From NCBI GenBank assembly GCA_030141605.1, contig JAQGDQ010000474.1, positions 62,001 to 126,000 on the forward strand: a stretch of 64,000 nt of DNA, in the 5' to 3' direction. The notes below the pieces were generated by a model that was given only the letters and a program-made list of their open reading frames with translations, searched no databases and was not told where the DNA came from. The position numbers and the translations under genes are program-made. This DNA comes from Tubiluchus corallicola. Taxonomy: Eukaryota > Animalia > Priapulida. Shown piece after piece: positions 1-12,509 of this stretch. Positions within the stretch are counted from its first letter, which is position 1, and every line of letters begins with the position of its first letter.

Positions 1-685
1 AAGAGAATATTAAAAGTATAAGAAATTATCAGCTAGAACATTTTTTCTATTTTAGTGCAAAACTCAAACTTCGTGAAGTATGCTATAGTTCACCTTTGAA
101 AATGCTATGTATAGTCATAAAAAGCTGGTATCAACGTGGCATATGTGACAGTTATAAGTTTAGGACAGCGTACATCATATGACAAAATTATCAAGTTTGC
201 AACTGACATATATAATAACATACTAGTTTGTTTGCACTGAATGATAGCTTGCTTTGAATAACCCCTGCTATCTAGTAATCAATCGTATTTGCTTGCGACT
301 TTGTTCCGACCACATTTGACTCCACCAGGAAGTTCTCGTCATCGTAAAATATGCAATTTAATTGACAGCGTACAATTCATAATGTATGTAATAATTACAA
401 TCTCGCCATTTTGGTTTGATCTATACTGCTAGTTGGTTAGACTGAAAGATTTTTTTTAATTTAGCAGTTAAGTAGTTGGTTTATGAAAATTTTTTTATTC
501 AAACTGACAATGTAAGAATTGGTACGATTAGTAATGCAGCAAATAATGTCTAAATTATTTAAGTTCATACATGCTTGTTTATAATAGGTAAGCAGGTATT
601 TATGATGCTAAAGAATTTGTACATAATGCTTCCACTTTTGAAGTAAAGTCAAATCACAAAGTAAAATGTTGTGAGCGGAGTACGA

Positions 686-1360
686 CATTAGTCGAAGCAG
701 GACAATTGGTGTACATGGGCTGCCCAAGTAGGACACTAGAGACAAGTCACGAATTGAATCGTTAACCGTACTGGCAGGGTCCGTTGTCCTTGTTTATTTA
801 ATAATAATAATTGAAAACGTTAAACAGGCTGAATAATTTATTATAAATCAGAAAAAACAAAAAAACTTATTCCGAGCCAGTAGAACGGCAAATATTAAAT
901 TTGGGTTCAATGCTGATCTTTTTGAAGTGAAATAATCCAGCTTTTTAGGTGATTCCAATATTTGCTTAAGGTACAATTATCATTTTTATTTTGTCTCGCT
1001 TCACAGACAGGCAATGCGTTTTACTAATTCTTGGACTGTACCTAGTAATAATTGTTTTCTACTAAGTAAACTGGCTAGTGAGCATGTGCCCTACATAGTT
1101 TCTTTTTTAGATTTTTAGTTTAATGTTATGATGATATTAATGGAGCTAATTCTAATAATGATATTATTGTAAAAAATACATTTGTAAAATGTCAAGGACT
1201 ACCCAACATTATTATAAACTTATTTTTCTAAAAATTTAGTTTTATGTTTTATTGTCATAATTCTCGATTCTCGGCAGTGTCCTACTTGGGCTGCCCATGT
1301 TTACACTGCTTTTCCACAAATTTAGAACATGTGCTTTATTGTCCTACTTCGGCTAGTGGT
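686..1360. mobile_element. Inverted-repeat (MITE-like) element upstream of ATP5ME
   Basis: catgggctgcccaagtaggacact (714-737) is the reverse complement (1 mismatch) of agtgtcctacttgggctgcccatg (1276-1299). An outer pair, tagtcgaagcaggacaat (~689) / attgtcctacttcggcta (~1338), is also inverted. No clean TSD seen. Confidence 0.55.
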
Positions 1361-1803
1361 GTACGCCGCGCCCTACATAAAAAATTACCATTTTCATTGA
1401 TCATTGTGTTGTTTTACAAAAGTCGGAGAATTCCGTTTTCTCAAATGTTTTAATTAACTTTACTTTTGAGATCGCTTAGGGTTGAAGAAACGTTATAATG
1501 TAAGCGCACTGCAGAATTTAAGAAGTCAGACTGCTAATCAAGTTCAGGCTAAGGACGAAAAAACTTAAGGCTCCAGGCACACACGACACAGTTACAGATG
1601 ACAAAGTTTAGTACGAACTTTATTCACAAAAATATTCTCAAAACTATTAAAGCAGCACGTTTCGAAGCAAACACAGGTACTTTAACGAAAAATAAAGGAA
1701 GTCAAGTTTTATAATGTAAAATGCACTGTAGCTAATCATAATGTAGACTGTAGAAGGCGATGGACAAGGACGAGCGAAGTGATTTGTTTCTGTTATCATC
1801 AAG

Positions 1804-1811
1804 CACGTGAC
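1804..1811. promoter_or_regulatory. E-box (CACGTGAC) ~55 bp upstream of the ATP5ME start codon
   Basis: gcacgtgac at 1803-1811, close to ATG 1861; function inferred from position only. Confidence 0.3.
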
Positions 1812-1860
1812 CTAGACTGTGCTGCTATCTGTCGGAAAGGTCAGTAAATAAGAGGAAAAC

Positions 1861-3148
1861 ATGGCTGCCTTGGCTCCACCGGTTGCAGTTTCTCCGTTTA
1901 TCAGGTTTTGCAGGTAAGACTTCAAATTTAGATATTTTATCATTTTTTTTCGATTTTTTTACAGAGGATACAGCTGTTCACGGATGTGATATCGCAAGAT
2001 ATGGATTTGACAAATCACCCTCCGAACGTTTCTAACTCAAAATTTAACACAAAAAACAACTCGTGATTATTGATTGGAAAGGTTAACTAATAACATGACA
2101 GTTAATATTATGACTTGGTAGTAATTGCTAGTTGACTGATGGCACCCGTAATTTTTAACTTACGTGCATGTATTGTTGCTATTTGGTTGTCTTTTCAGGT
2201 GGACATTACTGGGAACAGGGCTAGTCTATGGAATAACTCGACAAGGGCGATTAAAGAAAAAAGAAGACAGGAGGCGAGCCTACGAAGCCGAACAGAAAGT
2301 TATTAGGGATGCAAAATTAGTAATTGAGAAAAAACGTGCTACAAAGGGTAATTTTATATTTAATTTCTTTACCAGGTGAAAAAGTGATGAAAAAATGCAC
2401 ATTTACAGCAGGAAGTTGTTAACAGGCACAAATTCATTAGTACCCTGGCTGAGCCATAATTTTTTATGTTTTCCCTTACTCCTTTTAACTGGACACTGAT
2501 CTTTTGTAGAATTTATTTTTCATACATTTTGCATTGTTATACTAGCCATCACATTTTTGTATTTTATGCCTTAAATTAGCCATAAATACTTCTTGGTCTG
2601 CAAACTTGTTAAATGTTAAAATTCATCATTTTAAATTTAGACATATGAACTAGAAATTTGTTATAAATGGTTCTTTGAATCTACGTATCAATTGTTTAGT
2701 TAAATAAGTTCTTTTGACTGATTGAGTGGTTGATTTAAACTGTCACTGTTGCCAGAAATATAGAGTTCAATCATTTAAAGTTCTTGAGTAGTCTTTCTGA
2801 CACATTAGAGAACACTTTGAATTCTTTCCTTCCCTTAAGCTTGTTAAAACCTAAAGTTTGAGTGAAGTTGTCTGTGATGATTTACACGAATACTTTTTTA
2901 CCTAGCCTTTCACAATTATGGTATAACTTTAAAGCCACATCTTTTTCAAGCAAAGCCAGTCCTAAAAACGGAAAACTTGGCCGATTGTCTAACATAATTG
3001 AATACCAGCAGCGTTGAGCAGCTTGCTAGAACTTTATTCTAATGTTTTTTAATAAACACTTTTTACTGTATTTTCAGAGGAAATGTTGTACTTAGCAAAA
3101 GAAGCAAACGTGCCAGTACCTGATGATTTTGAAAAGCAGTTCTCATAG
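1861..3148 (+). CDS. ATP5ME: Mitochondrial ATP synthase subunit e (3 coding exons)
   Basis: Exons 1861-1913, 2199-2347, 3078-3148 with GT-AG introns and matching phases (2,1) give MAALAPPVAVSPFIRFCRWTLLGTGLVYGITRQGRLKKKEDRRRAYEAEQKVIRDAKLVIEKKRATKEEMLYLAKEANVPVPDDFEKQFS*. PPVxVSPxIR..RW..L..G..YG is the subunit e signature. Confidence 0.93.
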
Positions 3149-3953
3149 TTTTAGGTAAGAGTACATTTACTCATTGTGTTGATATTGTGCATTTTTCATA
3201 GTTTGTCAAGAAAATGTACCAGAATGCAAATACTAGATTTGCCAGATCTATGAAACTTACAATTTTACTGATAACAAAGCTATTCTTCCCCCTTTAATCG
3301 AAGTTCAAATTCTACAGACTTGCTTTTCACACCTCAATAATTTTTTTACTGTGCTGAGGCCCATATAAAAACATACTTTTCACTTAGGTATAAGCTAACT
3401 TTCTAACTTAAGTGCTAAAATATTTTTGGCTTCAGGGTCCATTTACTATAAGTATTTTTACAGAAAATGGCTAAATAGGGCATTGAAAACTTCAAATTTG
3501 AAATGAAAATTTTAGTTTAAAACTGCATGTCTATGTCTTGTTTATCCAGACTAACCCATCTGGCCAACTTTGTTCTGTGTATGAGCAAAATAGCTAATGG
3601 CTACATGCCAGTCTTTTTGGGAGCAGGGTTTGAAAATGCGTTAACTTTCATCATGCAATCTAGCAACTGCCCTACATTGTTTTTACAGGTAACACGAAGT
3701 AAACTTTCCAGCAGAGTTAGATTTGAAAAATGTTGATGAAACCATGGCTCGGTGCAACGTAAAGAATTTGCACTCATGCAACAGTATTTGACATTTATAT
3801 AAATATTAATAATTTGGATGCACATTGCAAGTTTTGCATCTCTTCGTTGTCATGTCATAGATATGTTAGAATAAATGGAGATTCTGTTCTAGGTCCTATA
3901 ACCTTTAAAAATCTTTTTTGATTTGTAGTAAATATTTCTAGCTTGAAATGTAT

Positions 3954-4004
3954 CACACACACACACACACACACGTGCACACACACACATGCGCACGCAC
4001 ACAC
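3954..4004. repeat. (CA)n microsatellite, interrupted
   Basis: Run of cacacaca with gtgc/atgcgc interruptions. Confidence 0.9.
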
Positions 4005-4322
4005 AACTATAATTTTAAGTTTTGATAACAGGTGGCACGACCTGTAAGCTTTAATTTGAAGATGAATGCTGGAGAAATTATTATATTAGCTTTACTACTG
4101 AATCACTTTGAAATGATAACATCAAGTACCATGTAGTTGTTCTACCCTTTTCCCATTTTACTCGTAAAGCCCCTACAAAATGGCCAGGTTGGCATGGCTG
4201 CATTCAAACTCACACACACAAAAATAATAATCCCTTATACCGAATTGTATTACCCGTCATCGGCAAGTTAATGTACACGTTCCATTATAAACCGCCCCCC
4301 GATTACTTGCTATATGCGACGC

Positions 4323-4452
4323 AAATTAATGTACAAGTGCCACCCACAACCCGCAGCATCAGAGACCAGAAACCATTAATCAAAAAACTAAATTAATGTA
4401 CAAGTGCCACCCACAGCCTGCAGCATCAGAGGCCAGAAACCATTAATCAAAA
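4323..4452. repeat. ~67-bp direct tandem duplication
   Basis: aaattaatgtacaagtgccacccaca...agaaaccattaatcaaaa occurs twice in tandem. Confidence 0.85.
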
Positions 4453-4488
4453 TTTTCATCACGATTATAATTTTATTATTGTACTTAC

Positions 4489-7400
4489 ATTCCTGCTTGA
4501 TTTCCTCATGAACTGCTTGGACTTCTGTCTGAGAGCTGGCTCCTATGTAATCATCTACATTACTCTCGAGTCTAAACAATCAACAGATAAAGAACATAGT
4601 TTTCAATGTGGCAGCAAGTGAAGTGATCACAAATAAAATAGTCCGGTTGTATCTCGTTATTTTCAGCAAGTACAATTATTTGCCAAACATCATCACTGTA
4701 GCGCTTCAAATTTGCTGAGAAGAGAATTTCAAGATGCACTTTTCATTACTATTATTATTCTATCATATAATTCAACACACAATAAATGGCCTACTTAATG
4801 TGATGATTATGACAAGGGTGGAATCTTTCTCATTATCAAAGCTATGCCTCTGAGATTAATCACTCAACTGGCAGAGGCATGTACGTGATTAGATGTGACC
4901 TTATCCCCTCCCCCCCATTTCAAAACAAACAATCAATATTGAACATGCCGACCACATATCCACTCACTGCCACACTTGGTGCTATTCTTAACTTCAGTCA
5001 ACAAGCATACGCTGAGACCACTTAGCTGGTTATTCTCACCTTACTGATTATTAACGTGTGAGTATAAATGTTTTACATGTATACTAATTATACACCTCCC
5101 TTGTATTATGTACAGCTTAGTAGTGACTTGAAGACGACTGGCACAAGATCCTATTATGTATCGTGTTGGTCTAGTTATAATTTGACTAGGAAAACAAGTG
5201 AACATTTTTTTATGTTCAGCCATTTCATATCATTGAAAAATACAGTGAAACTGCTTCATACCAGCTGTACTTTGGGACTGCAAAAAAGCTGGCGTTAAGA
5301 GAAATTTGCATTATAAAACGGCACGTTTATTCATACATGTCTCTGAATATGGACATTTCATCGCTAAAAATATGGGCTTTAAGCAAGGTGGGAGCTATAG
5401 CGGGGGGGGGGGGTTATTATAACAAGGCTTAACTGCAGTATCCATAGACCTACTTTTAAGCAGTGTTGCTAAACTAATGCGAATATGAAACTAATGTGTG
5501 ATACCACAACTAAATTTTGAGCCGGCATATTACATGTGGTTTATATTTTCCACTAAATCCAGTTGTAAGATGTTATGAAACAAATGCAAACGTGTAGGCT
5601 ACGCTAAATGCAAAAGAGAAGTTTTGCACATTAGGCAGTTAAAGCTTTCTTTAAACCTTACTTGACTGTTATTTGACTGTCATCAGTTTCTTCGTGTAGA
5701 TTCGTGAGACCTTCGTTTGCTTTACTAGTTGCATTCACGCGGCTCGTATCAACAGACGTAGGAAGTGGAGAATTTTCTGCGAGATCATCGCCACTGCCAT
5801 CAACTTCTATACACAGACGTTTGCGACCATTGCGACGAGGCCTGCCAGTTTCAGTCACGTGGCTCACGTCAGCAGTTGTAGGGTCGGGGAAATTTTGTGT
5901 AGGCCCGTTGCCACCAACAAAATGCTGAAAATGTAAATTTTGCTTTCCTGTGAAACGCAATTGAAACTGCGAAATGTATGAGAAAATGTAAAATCATCCA
6001 GAAAAAACATTCCCTGAAAATTCTTTGACAAAACAAAAATTTCAAGTCAATAAGGCATAAAACTTTAACAAAATAATAATGTGTATATTACACACCGGAA
6101 AAATTCAGTTGTCAATTTTGTTCTAGTTTTGCTAAACTTTTTAAAGATGTGATGTTCAAATTTGTACATAAAGAAGAAAATTTTTTATAATTTTTACTGC
6201 TTTAAACGAAAAAGAAACTCAGGCTTTGACGTACATAACTTCGAAACCTTCCGTCTACTTAGATCACTTTACGAAGCTTTAGTTAGAAATGGTCGACAGC
6301 TGAATTAATCTCATTCAGGAGAGATTTAGTCGATTCTCGAAGGGAACTTTTTCAGTTTAGGAACATCTTTCATTTTTCTTACCTTAAAGAAGGTAAGTTC
6401 TTAAAGTTCGTAAGATTTTTCTTTAAGTTATGTTCACAAAGAAACATCAAAAGCCGAGTTTTTTCATTTAAAACAGTAAATTTTGGAAAATCTCCTTTTG
6501 CTTCTTAAACAACACATTTTTAAAAAATTAACAAAAATAAAACTAATCTTACAACAAATTTCTTCTAGTGTATAGTATGTATATATCTGCACATATATAT
6601 ATATTACATTTTCTTTTCAATTTTTTTCTGGGCGACCCTATAAATTGAGAAATCGAAACTTTAAATGTAACAAAACAAAGACCTATGGACTGCACGGTTA
6701 AATGAATAATTAATATTTTGATGAATAAACAGAATACATTTGATTCCGAATAAATGTGCTATTCTTCATTTGTGGTCTGCAAATCCAAAGTACAATATTA
6801 TATCTACAGGATTATAGGCACGTAATTAATGATGTTCTAGTAGTGAAAGATCTTGGTGAAACACGACCATAATTTGTATCCTATTTTTTCTAAACATTGT
6901 GCAAACATAGCATCTGGTGATTCCCAGAAATATAAATTTTTAAATCCTAATCAAACTCTATAGAAGGTTACGCGCGAACCTGCTTGAGAAAAATTAAGTT
7001 GTCAACAAAATTTTTCGGTTCGATTGATTAGTGCAAAATTAGGCTGTAACAGTCATGTCTCCGGCTGTATTTACTGAAAAACGTAAACAGCTAATTCAGA
7101 TGTGCCGTTATACTTTGCATGTAATGTCTAAATTTTCAATTTTAATTGATTTTGTTTTAATAGATTGTAATGTGTAGCATATGTATCCCTAATGCATAAG
7201 ATGGTACACTTACAAAAGTGGCCAAGTTATACCAGTGCAAGGGCTCAGTGTTTACCATATTGTTTTGTTCATAAATATCTAGTCAAACAACTAGAAACCA
7301 ACTGTAAGTTATGTCAACATCCTGCAGGTGATTTGCCCTCTGTTCAATTACAGTCTAGTCTCGTTATCTCGCCACTGTCCGTCTAAGACAAATTTTTGGC

Positions 7401-9865
7401 GAGAGGTGAGTATGGCGAGATAATGGGAATATAACGAAGTTACCGTATTTTCCCATGTATAAGAGACCCTTTTTCGCTCAGAATTTTCACTTTAAAAATA
7501 GGGGGTCTCTTATACATGGGAGTAAGCCAACCCTTGGAGAAGTCTGCAGCTGGGTCCTCAAGGCGTGGAATGGTGTAAAGCCAGAGGTCATTATTAAATC
7601 TTTCAAGAAGTGTGGCATCTCCAATGCCATGGACGGCACAGAGGACAATGCTATTTTTGAGCAGAGTGACTCCTCTGATGATGAACTGGCTGGAATTGCT
7701 GAAGGTCTGACTCCAGTTGATATTTTTGATGAGAGTGATGAGGAATTTAATGATTTCTATGATGAATAAAGTTATTCATTACCAAAAAACTTTTTTCCAG
7801 AATTTTTGCCTAAAAATTGAAGGGGTCTCTTATACACAAGGGTCTCTTATACATGGGAAAATACGGTAGTCTATATGTATATACATACTGTACATAATAG
7901 TTGATTAACATAGTGTTCCTCTATGTACATATAAAATATATTTCGCATTATGATACCAATCAACATTAAATCAGAAATGAAAATGTCATAAAAATAATCT
8001 TAGAATGTTACTTTTTTATTGCTGCCAATTCCACACCTCAACTTGAAACGTTGCAGCCATCCGTTAGAGTACTGGAAGTCGGTTATGCCCAGTTCATTTC
8101 CAAAGTGCTTGGCCTTTTCGCGCAAAACAGCATCAGTGATGACGACATTTTGCGATCGTGCTGTCGTCAACCATAGCTGAAGTGCCATTTCCAGATTAGA
8201 ATGCTGTCCACGTCGCAATTTCGTTGAGCCACTGTGACCATGACTTTGCATCCATTTTTCTTTATTCGCTATTATATCTCCTACACTTCTCCGGCTAACA
8301 GGATTACCAAATTTCGCACTAAATACAGTAGCAATTTCCTGCTGTGTCTTTGAAGAATTATTCGTATGATAAATACAAATTTCCTTTTTTTGTTCAGGAT
8401 TAAGACAAAACAGTTTTCGCTTCAGAGACATCATGTAAAGTTGCTCACACTTTGTGGAAACTCAAACTTAAATGCAGCTTTGGTGTTATAGAGTAAGGAT
8501 ATCGGTGACGCTTTAGTTTCTCTGCGCATTAACCAACCACAGCACTCCTAATCTAATCCTGGTGAGACACACACTAGATTAATTATGTCTGTCTATCGAG
8601 TACAGCAGCATTGTCTACATACCGCGGTTATATTCATCGACACACGGTATATGTATTGATCGATTCACCTCTGAGTTTGTCTGTTTGGCGTCATAACGAA
8701 TATAGTTTACATAAGCACTCATCCTAGAATGAGGTGGCGAGGGCGAGAAGCGACGGTGGCGACTTAACGAGGTAAATATCAAAGCAGGAAATCCGTCCTG
8801 GTACTTTCTATGGCGAGAGACGAGTTTGGCGGCATAACGAGGCTAGACCGTAACATTGTAGTAAAAAAAAATTTCATTGTGATACACTCTGAAGCTGATT
8901 GTAATCATATTACTGGTACTTTTTTTAATCTCTAAAATCGCTGTATTTAGAATTATCATGTTAAACATTTGAAATTTCAGTAACTCTACTTCACTACTTT
9001 ACTGCTTAATGGCCACAGACATTTTAACCTATAATCTTCCTATTAGCTGTCTTAATTACGGGTATAGAATGTTAAAAACAAAATGCTGATTTCACTTCTT
9101 TAGATTAATACTTTTTATTTTAGTAAGTTTTGGTATGCGTTGAAGTCACTATGTGACACATTGCACTCAAGGTACTATAACAAAATACTGTTTAAATTGT
9201 TTTTAATGGTTTTTCAACTGTATTGTAAGGCCAAGACATTATTTTATGACACTGTTAGACGTAGCATTCACGACAGCCGACAGTGTGGATTATAGGTGCA
9301 ATTTGGGTGCCTTGTCGGTGACTCCACCTGTTACACTGATGTCAAGCACACTGACCCACGCTCAGCCTCCAATGTGGCTTAAGCAGGCTGGGACATAAGC
9401 TTGTGTTTAACAACAACTGCCTTTAGTAAACTATATGATAACAATGAAATGTCCAATCAGCAGATACCCTGATTGTGCTTTTTGTATAAGCAGATTTCCA
9501 GTAGTCAAAAAACGGCTCGATAATTTAAGCAGAATTTGCAAGAAACGACTACAAAATATAGGCAGGAGTGCCTAATTAAGTCATTATCACAAAGGAACTA
9601 AGCGAGTAAGATAAGCTTTAAGACAAATGGGCAACAAAAAAATTTACTAAGTCTCTCTTGCCTTTGAACATACGAACATGTCGTAACTGCGAAGTACTTT
9701 TGCTACATTTAGCTGATCACGTGGTCGTCTGCAAGCTTTTATCCACCTTTTGCATCTTTCCAACTGTTTGTTAGGCCGTGGAAATGGAATAAATTTAATT
9801 GTTCCTAGACGACTCTTATATCGACTGTCTGAGTTACATAAGCCCCACTGACATCTTTTAACCAT
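4489..9865 (-). CDS. Spliced THAP-domain protein gene (THAP-A), 3' end uncertain
   Basis: Exon 1, 9865-9662 (MVKRCQWGLCNSDSRY...W..AC...VCSK), ends at AAG|GCAAGA. Exon 2, 5924-5662, starts after ttttcag with HFVGGNGPTQNFPDP, supplying the His of the C2CH motif. Exon 3, 4571-4489 (LESNVDD...IKQE), joins in phase 2 and ends at gtaagt. Terminal exon not resolved. Confidence 0.72.
6089..6572. mobile_element. Degenerate foldback element/MITE with long imperfect inverted arms
   Basis: tacacaccggaaaaaatt... vs ...aatttcttctagtgta; internal arms tttactgctttaaacgaaaaagaaactcaggctttga vs tcaaaagccgagttttttcatttaaaacagtaaa. Confidence 0.55.
7443..7866 (+). mobile_element. Nested pogo/Tc2-like MITE with transposase C-terminal remnant
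   Basis: TIRs ccgtattttcccatgtataagagaccc / gggtctcttatacatgggaaaatacgg. TA duplication confirmed by the empty site (cgaagtTAgtctatatg) in copy 3. Encodes ...CSWVLKAWNGVKPEVIIKSFKKCGISNAMDGTED, typical of the end of pogo DDE transposases. Confidence 0.9.
8000..8434 (-). CDS. CENP-B/Tigger-type bipartite HTH DNA-binding protein (transposase lacking DDE domain), 144 aa
   Basis: KRK..L..EQKKEIC...QQEIA..F..KFG..VSR.SV..I, then LE.AL..W....R......I.D..LREKA..F...LG...F..SNGWL.RFK.R.GI (HTH_psq-like plus HTH_Tnp_Tc5 pattern). Confidence 0.8.
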   Translation of the reverse strand: MMSLKRKLFCLNPEQKKEICIYHTNNSSKTQQEIATVFSAKFGNPVSRRSVGDIIANKEKWMQSHGHSGSTKLRRGQHSNLEMALQLWLTTARSQNVVITDAVLREKAKHFGNELGITDFQYSNGWLQRFKLRCGIGSNKKVTF

Positions 9866-10339
9866 AGTTATAACCATAAAAAATGACACAAAATGAACTA
9901 TTTCGGTGTACAAATATTACACTGACATATGCTAATACACAACTGGAGCTCATGTCCTGAAAAAATGGCGACACTTAGCTTCTGGACGTGTGTTGAAAAA
10001 CATGCACGCTGATTGGACAGTCAGCAGAGTTTGAGTGAGCATCAGTGAGAGGTTTGGTACATCATACATTAACGAATGAAACTTTAGGCATTTTCAGTAA
10101 TACAGAAACGAAGCGATTAAAATTTTGAAAAACTAACGACAATGCACGAAAACCAACAGGACAACAGCTGATAACAATGTATTAAATCGTTGATAATAAA
10201 TAATATTAGAATATTTTTTACCGACAACGCCGACTGTAAGACGCCATGACACCCTGCTACCGGAAACAAATGGCGCCATTCCGGCGGCCAAACAGATCGC
10301 AAAGTTTATGCATATAGGACACAACAGGACGTGTACGGT

Positions 10340-11344
10340 CAGATCTCTGATTCCGCCAGCGGAGGCGGTCTATTTTTAACATTTAGTGCTAATAATTTGG
10401 ACATATTTACCCCCTATAACATGCCACATTACACATATTCCTCATTCATCTAGTAATTTAAAAACAGCGGTACACATGATACCCCCCCCAAAAAAAAACA
10501 CACCATATCTGCAACTCATTGTGTCCCGAAGTTTACCTGTCACTTTCTATAGAGAATAAACAGACTGCATCATTTTGTCAGGACTGTATAAACTCATTCA
10601 TAGGTTCCTCTGTGTAAATTAGAATAAATGAAATTATTGCACTCACCATTTTGCAGAGATGTTTGACACAATTAGTCGGCTTTGGAGTGGGCAAACATGT
10701 TGGGACGTTAAAAATACTGGGTGGATCCACTGGCCTGGTGTGACCACCAGGAACTTTGACCATTTGAGTATCCGATGGCCAATGCTTTTCGCAAAAGAAA
10801 AATTTCGATGGATCAACAACAAAGCCTTTGCATGGGGGAAGAACACTTAGCCATTTCTGTTTCTCTACTTGATCTCTTGGCAGTCTGAACACACGACACT
10901 TGTTCTCCGTGTCATAGTTACCTCTGCATTTCACAACACCACACTTGTTAGGCATGCTGCTGAGCACAGATATATAAAATCCACCAGAAATTTTGAAAAT
11001 AATCCACAAAGAAACAAACACAAGCATGAAAACAACGGTTCACTTGACTTTCAACAATGTGAGTTTCCAACAATGACAAAGCACTATTTCCGGTAAAACA
11101 CACGCCTAAAGTAGTGCACTACTTAAGAAGTAAAAATGAACACTAATTTCCTTTGATACATAAAATAAACAATTGGTACTTTTCTCCCGTAATGTAAAGA
11201 ACCAAATAAATGAAAAATAATAGTCGCTATCTACCGATCCGTTCATTCTTTAATTTCCAAGATCACTACTCTCTAAAGCGCACGATTTCTAGATTATGTC
11301 CATTACGAGTATTGATCGCCTCAGCTAGCGGAGCCAGAGATCTG
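10340..11344 (-). mobile_element. Internally deleted P-element-like transposon
   Basis: ~31-bp imperfect TIRs cagatctctgattccgccagcggaggcggtc / gatcgcctcagctagcggagccagagatctg, CA...TG ends, degenerate 8-bp TSD tgtacggt/ggtacagt (6/8), internal THAP ORF. Confidence 0.75.
10578..10955 (-). CDS. THAP-only ORF of the P-like element
   Basis: MPNKCGVVKCRGNYD...FRLP...KW...FFCEKHW...PPSIF: C2CH THAP pattern, no catalytic domain before the stop. Confidence 0.65.
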   Translation of the reverse strand: MPNKCGVVKCRGNYDTENKCRVFRLPRDQVEKQKWLSVLPPCKGFVVDPSKFFFCEKHWPSDTQMVKVPGGHTRPVDPPSIFNVPTCLPTPKPTNCVKHLCKMVSAIISFILIYTEEPMNEFIQS

Positions 11345-12509
11345 GGTACAGTACGTACAGTACAGTAGTCCATATAATTTTTGCATTTACACTATAGAAA
11401 ACGAGACTAAAAACAGCAACTTATTAATAAATGTTGATGCACTAACTGAAAGGAAAGAAACGTAAACTATTTATTGATATCCAGGTTTTACGGTTCTGCT
11501 TGCTTGGCTAGGCACTATTCAATAAGTAAAGATCACTAAAATAGGCACTACATGTGTTAATATGCCACTGAAATATTTTTTCCAGAAAAAGTAATTATGA
11601 GAAAGTTGAATTTGCTAACTATCATAATACCTGTAACAATAATTGCCTGGCAATCTTTTCACAAATATTTGCAAAAACAAAAAATGTATAATATTTATAG
11701 AATAACTAATAGCAGGTTGTAATTGCTCACGCAAACCATGACAACTGGCAGCGAACTTCTATTACTGTGAGTAATCTCGATCTTGGCGTTTATGAATTGC
11801 AAATTATGAGTTAACAAAGAAATAAAGTACATGTTTTTCAAAGTAGATTGATACATGTATATGTGGAATATAGTAAATGATATTATGTGCAGATGCTGCA
11901 AAAGTAGATGCAGATTAACGGTAGGTCGGTTAGATAACAAAAAAACATATGTTCCAAACATTAGCTGGTGAACATGACAAATTAGCTTTACTGCCCAGTA
12001 TCAGGTCGGGAAACTTGAAACAACTTACACTATTTCTTATTGCATTTACCACATTCCTGCTACACATATTCAGGGTATTTTGCACACATATTAAATACGA
12101 AAAGGTTAAAAACGCAAAGTGAACTTCTGCTCGCTTAACAGCAACAGTTCAATGTGTGGTATACTCGCAGCTCATCAGCTAGATCGGACATTCCTGCCAA
12201 GACGTTACTCACCCTACGCAGCCCAAGCTTGGCGAGTGCAAATATACTACCACAAATGCCCAAACTGATTAGATTTAATGCAAGTTATTAATTAACTCAG
12301 GTAAACAGAGTGGTGGAATTCGATTTCATTATTTCTTTTCTTCATATTTATAAAAAATGAGTGGACATTTAATTAGGCTCATACAATAAGGTAAAAAATG
12401 CAAAACTAATTAGCTGATGCCTAAAAAACATTTAAGTCTTCTGTTTAACTAACTAATAGAATATTTAGTAATTCAGAAATGTAAGAAGCCAGAAATTAGT
12501 AAACTTAAT

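Larger units (their letters stand above)
7351..8850 (-). mobile_element. Non-autonomous pogo/Tigger-like element, copy 1
   Basis: TIRs cagtctagtctcgttat / ataacgaggctagaccg, TA on both flanks; carries an HTH ORF; homologous to 31305-32353 and 56704-57386. Confidence 0.9.
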
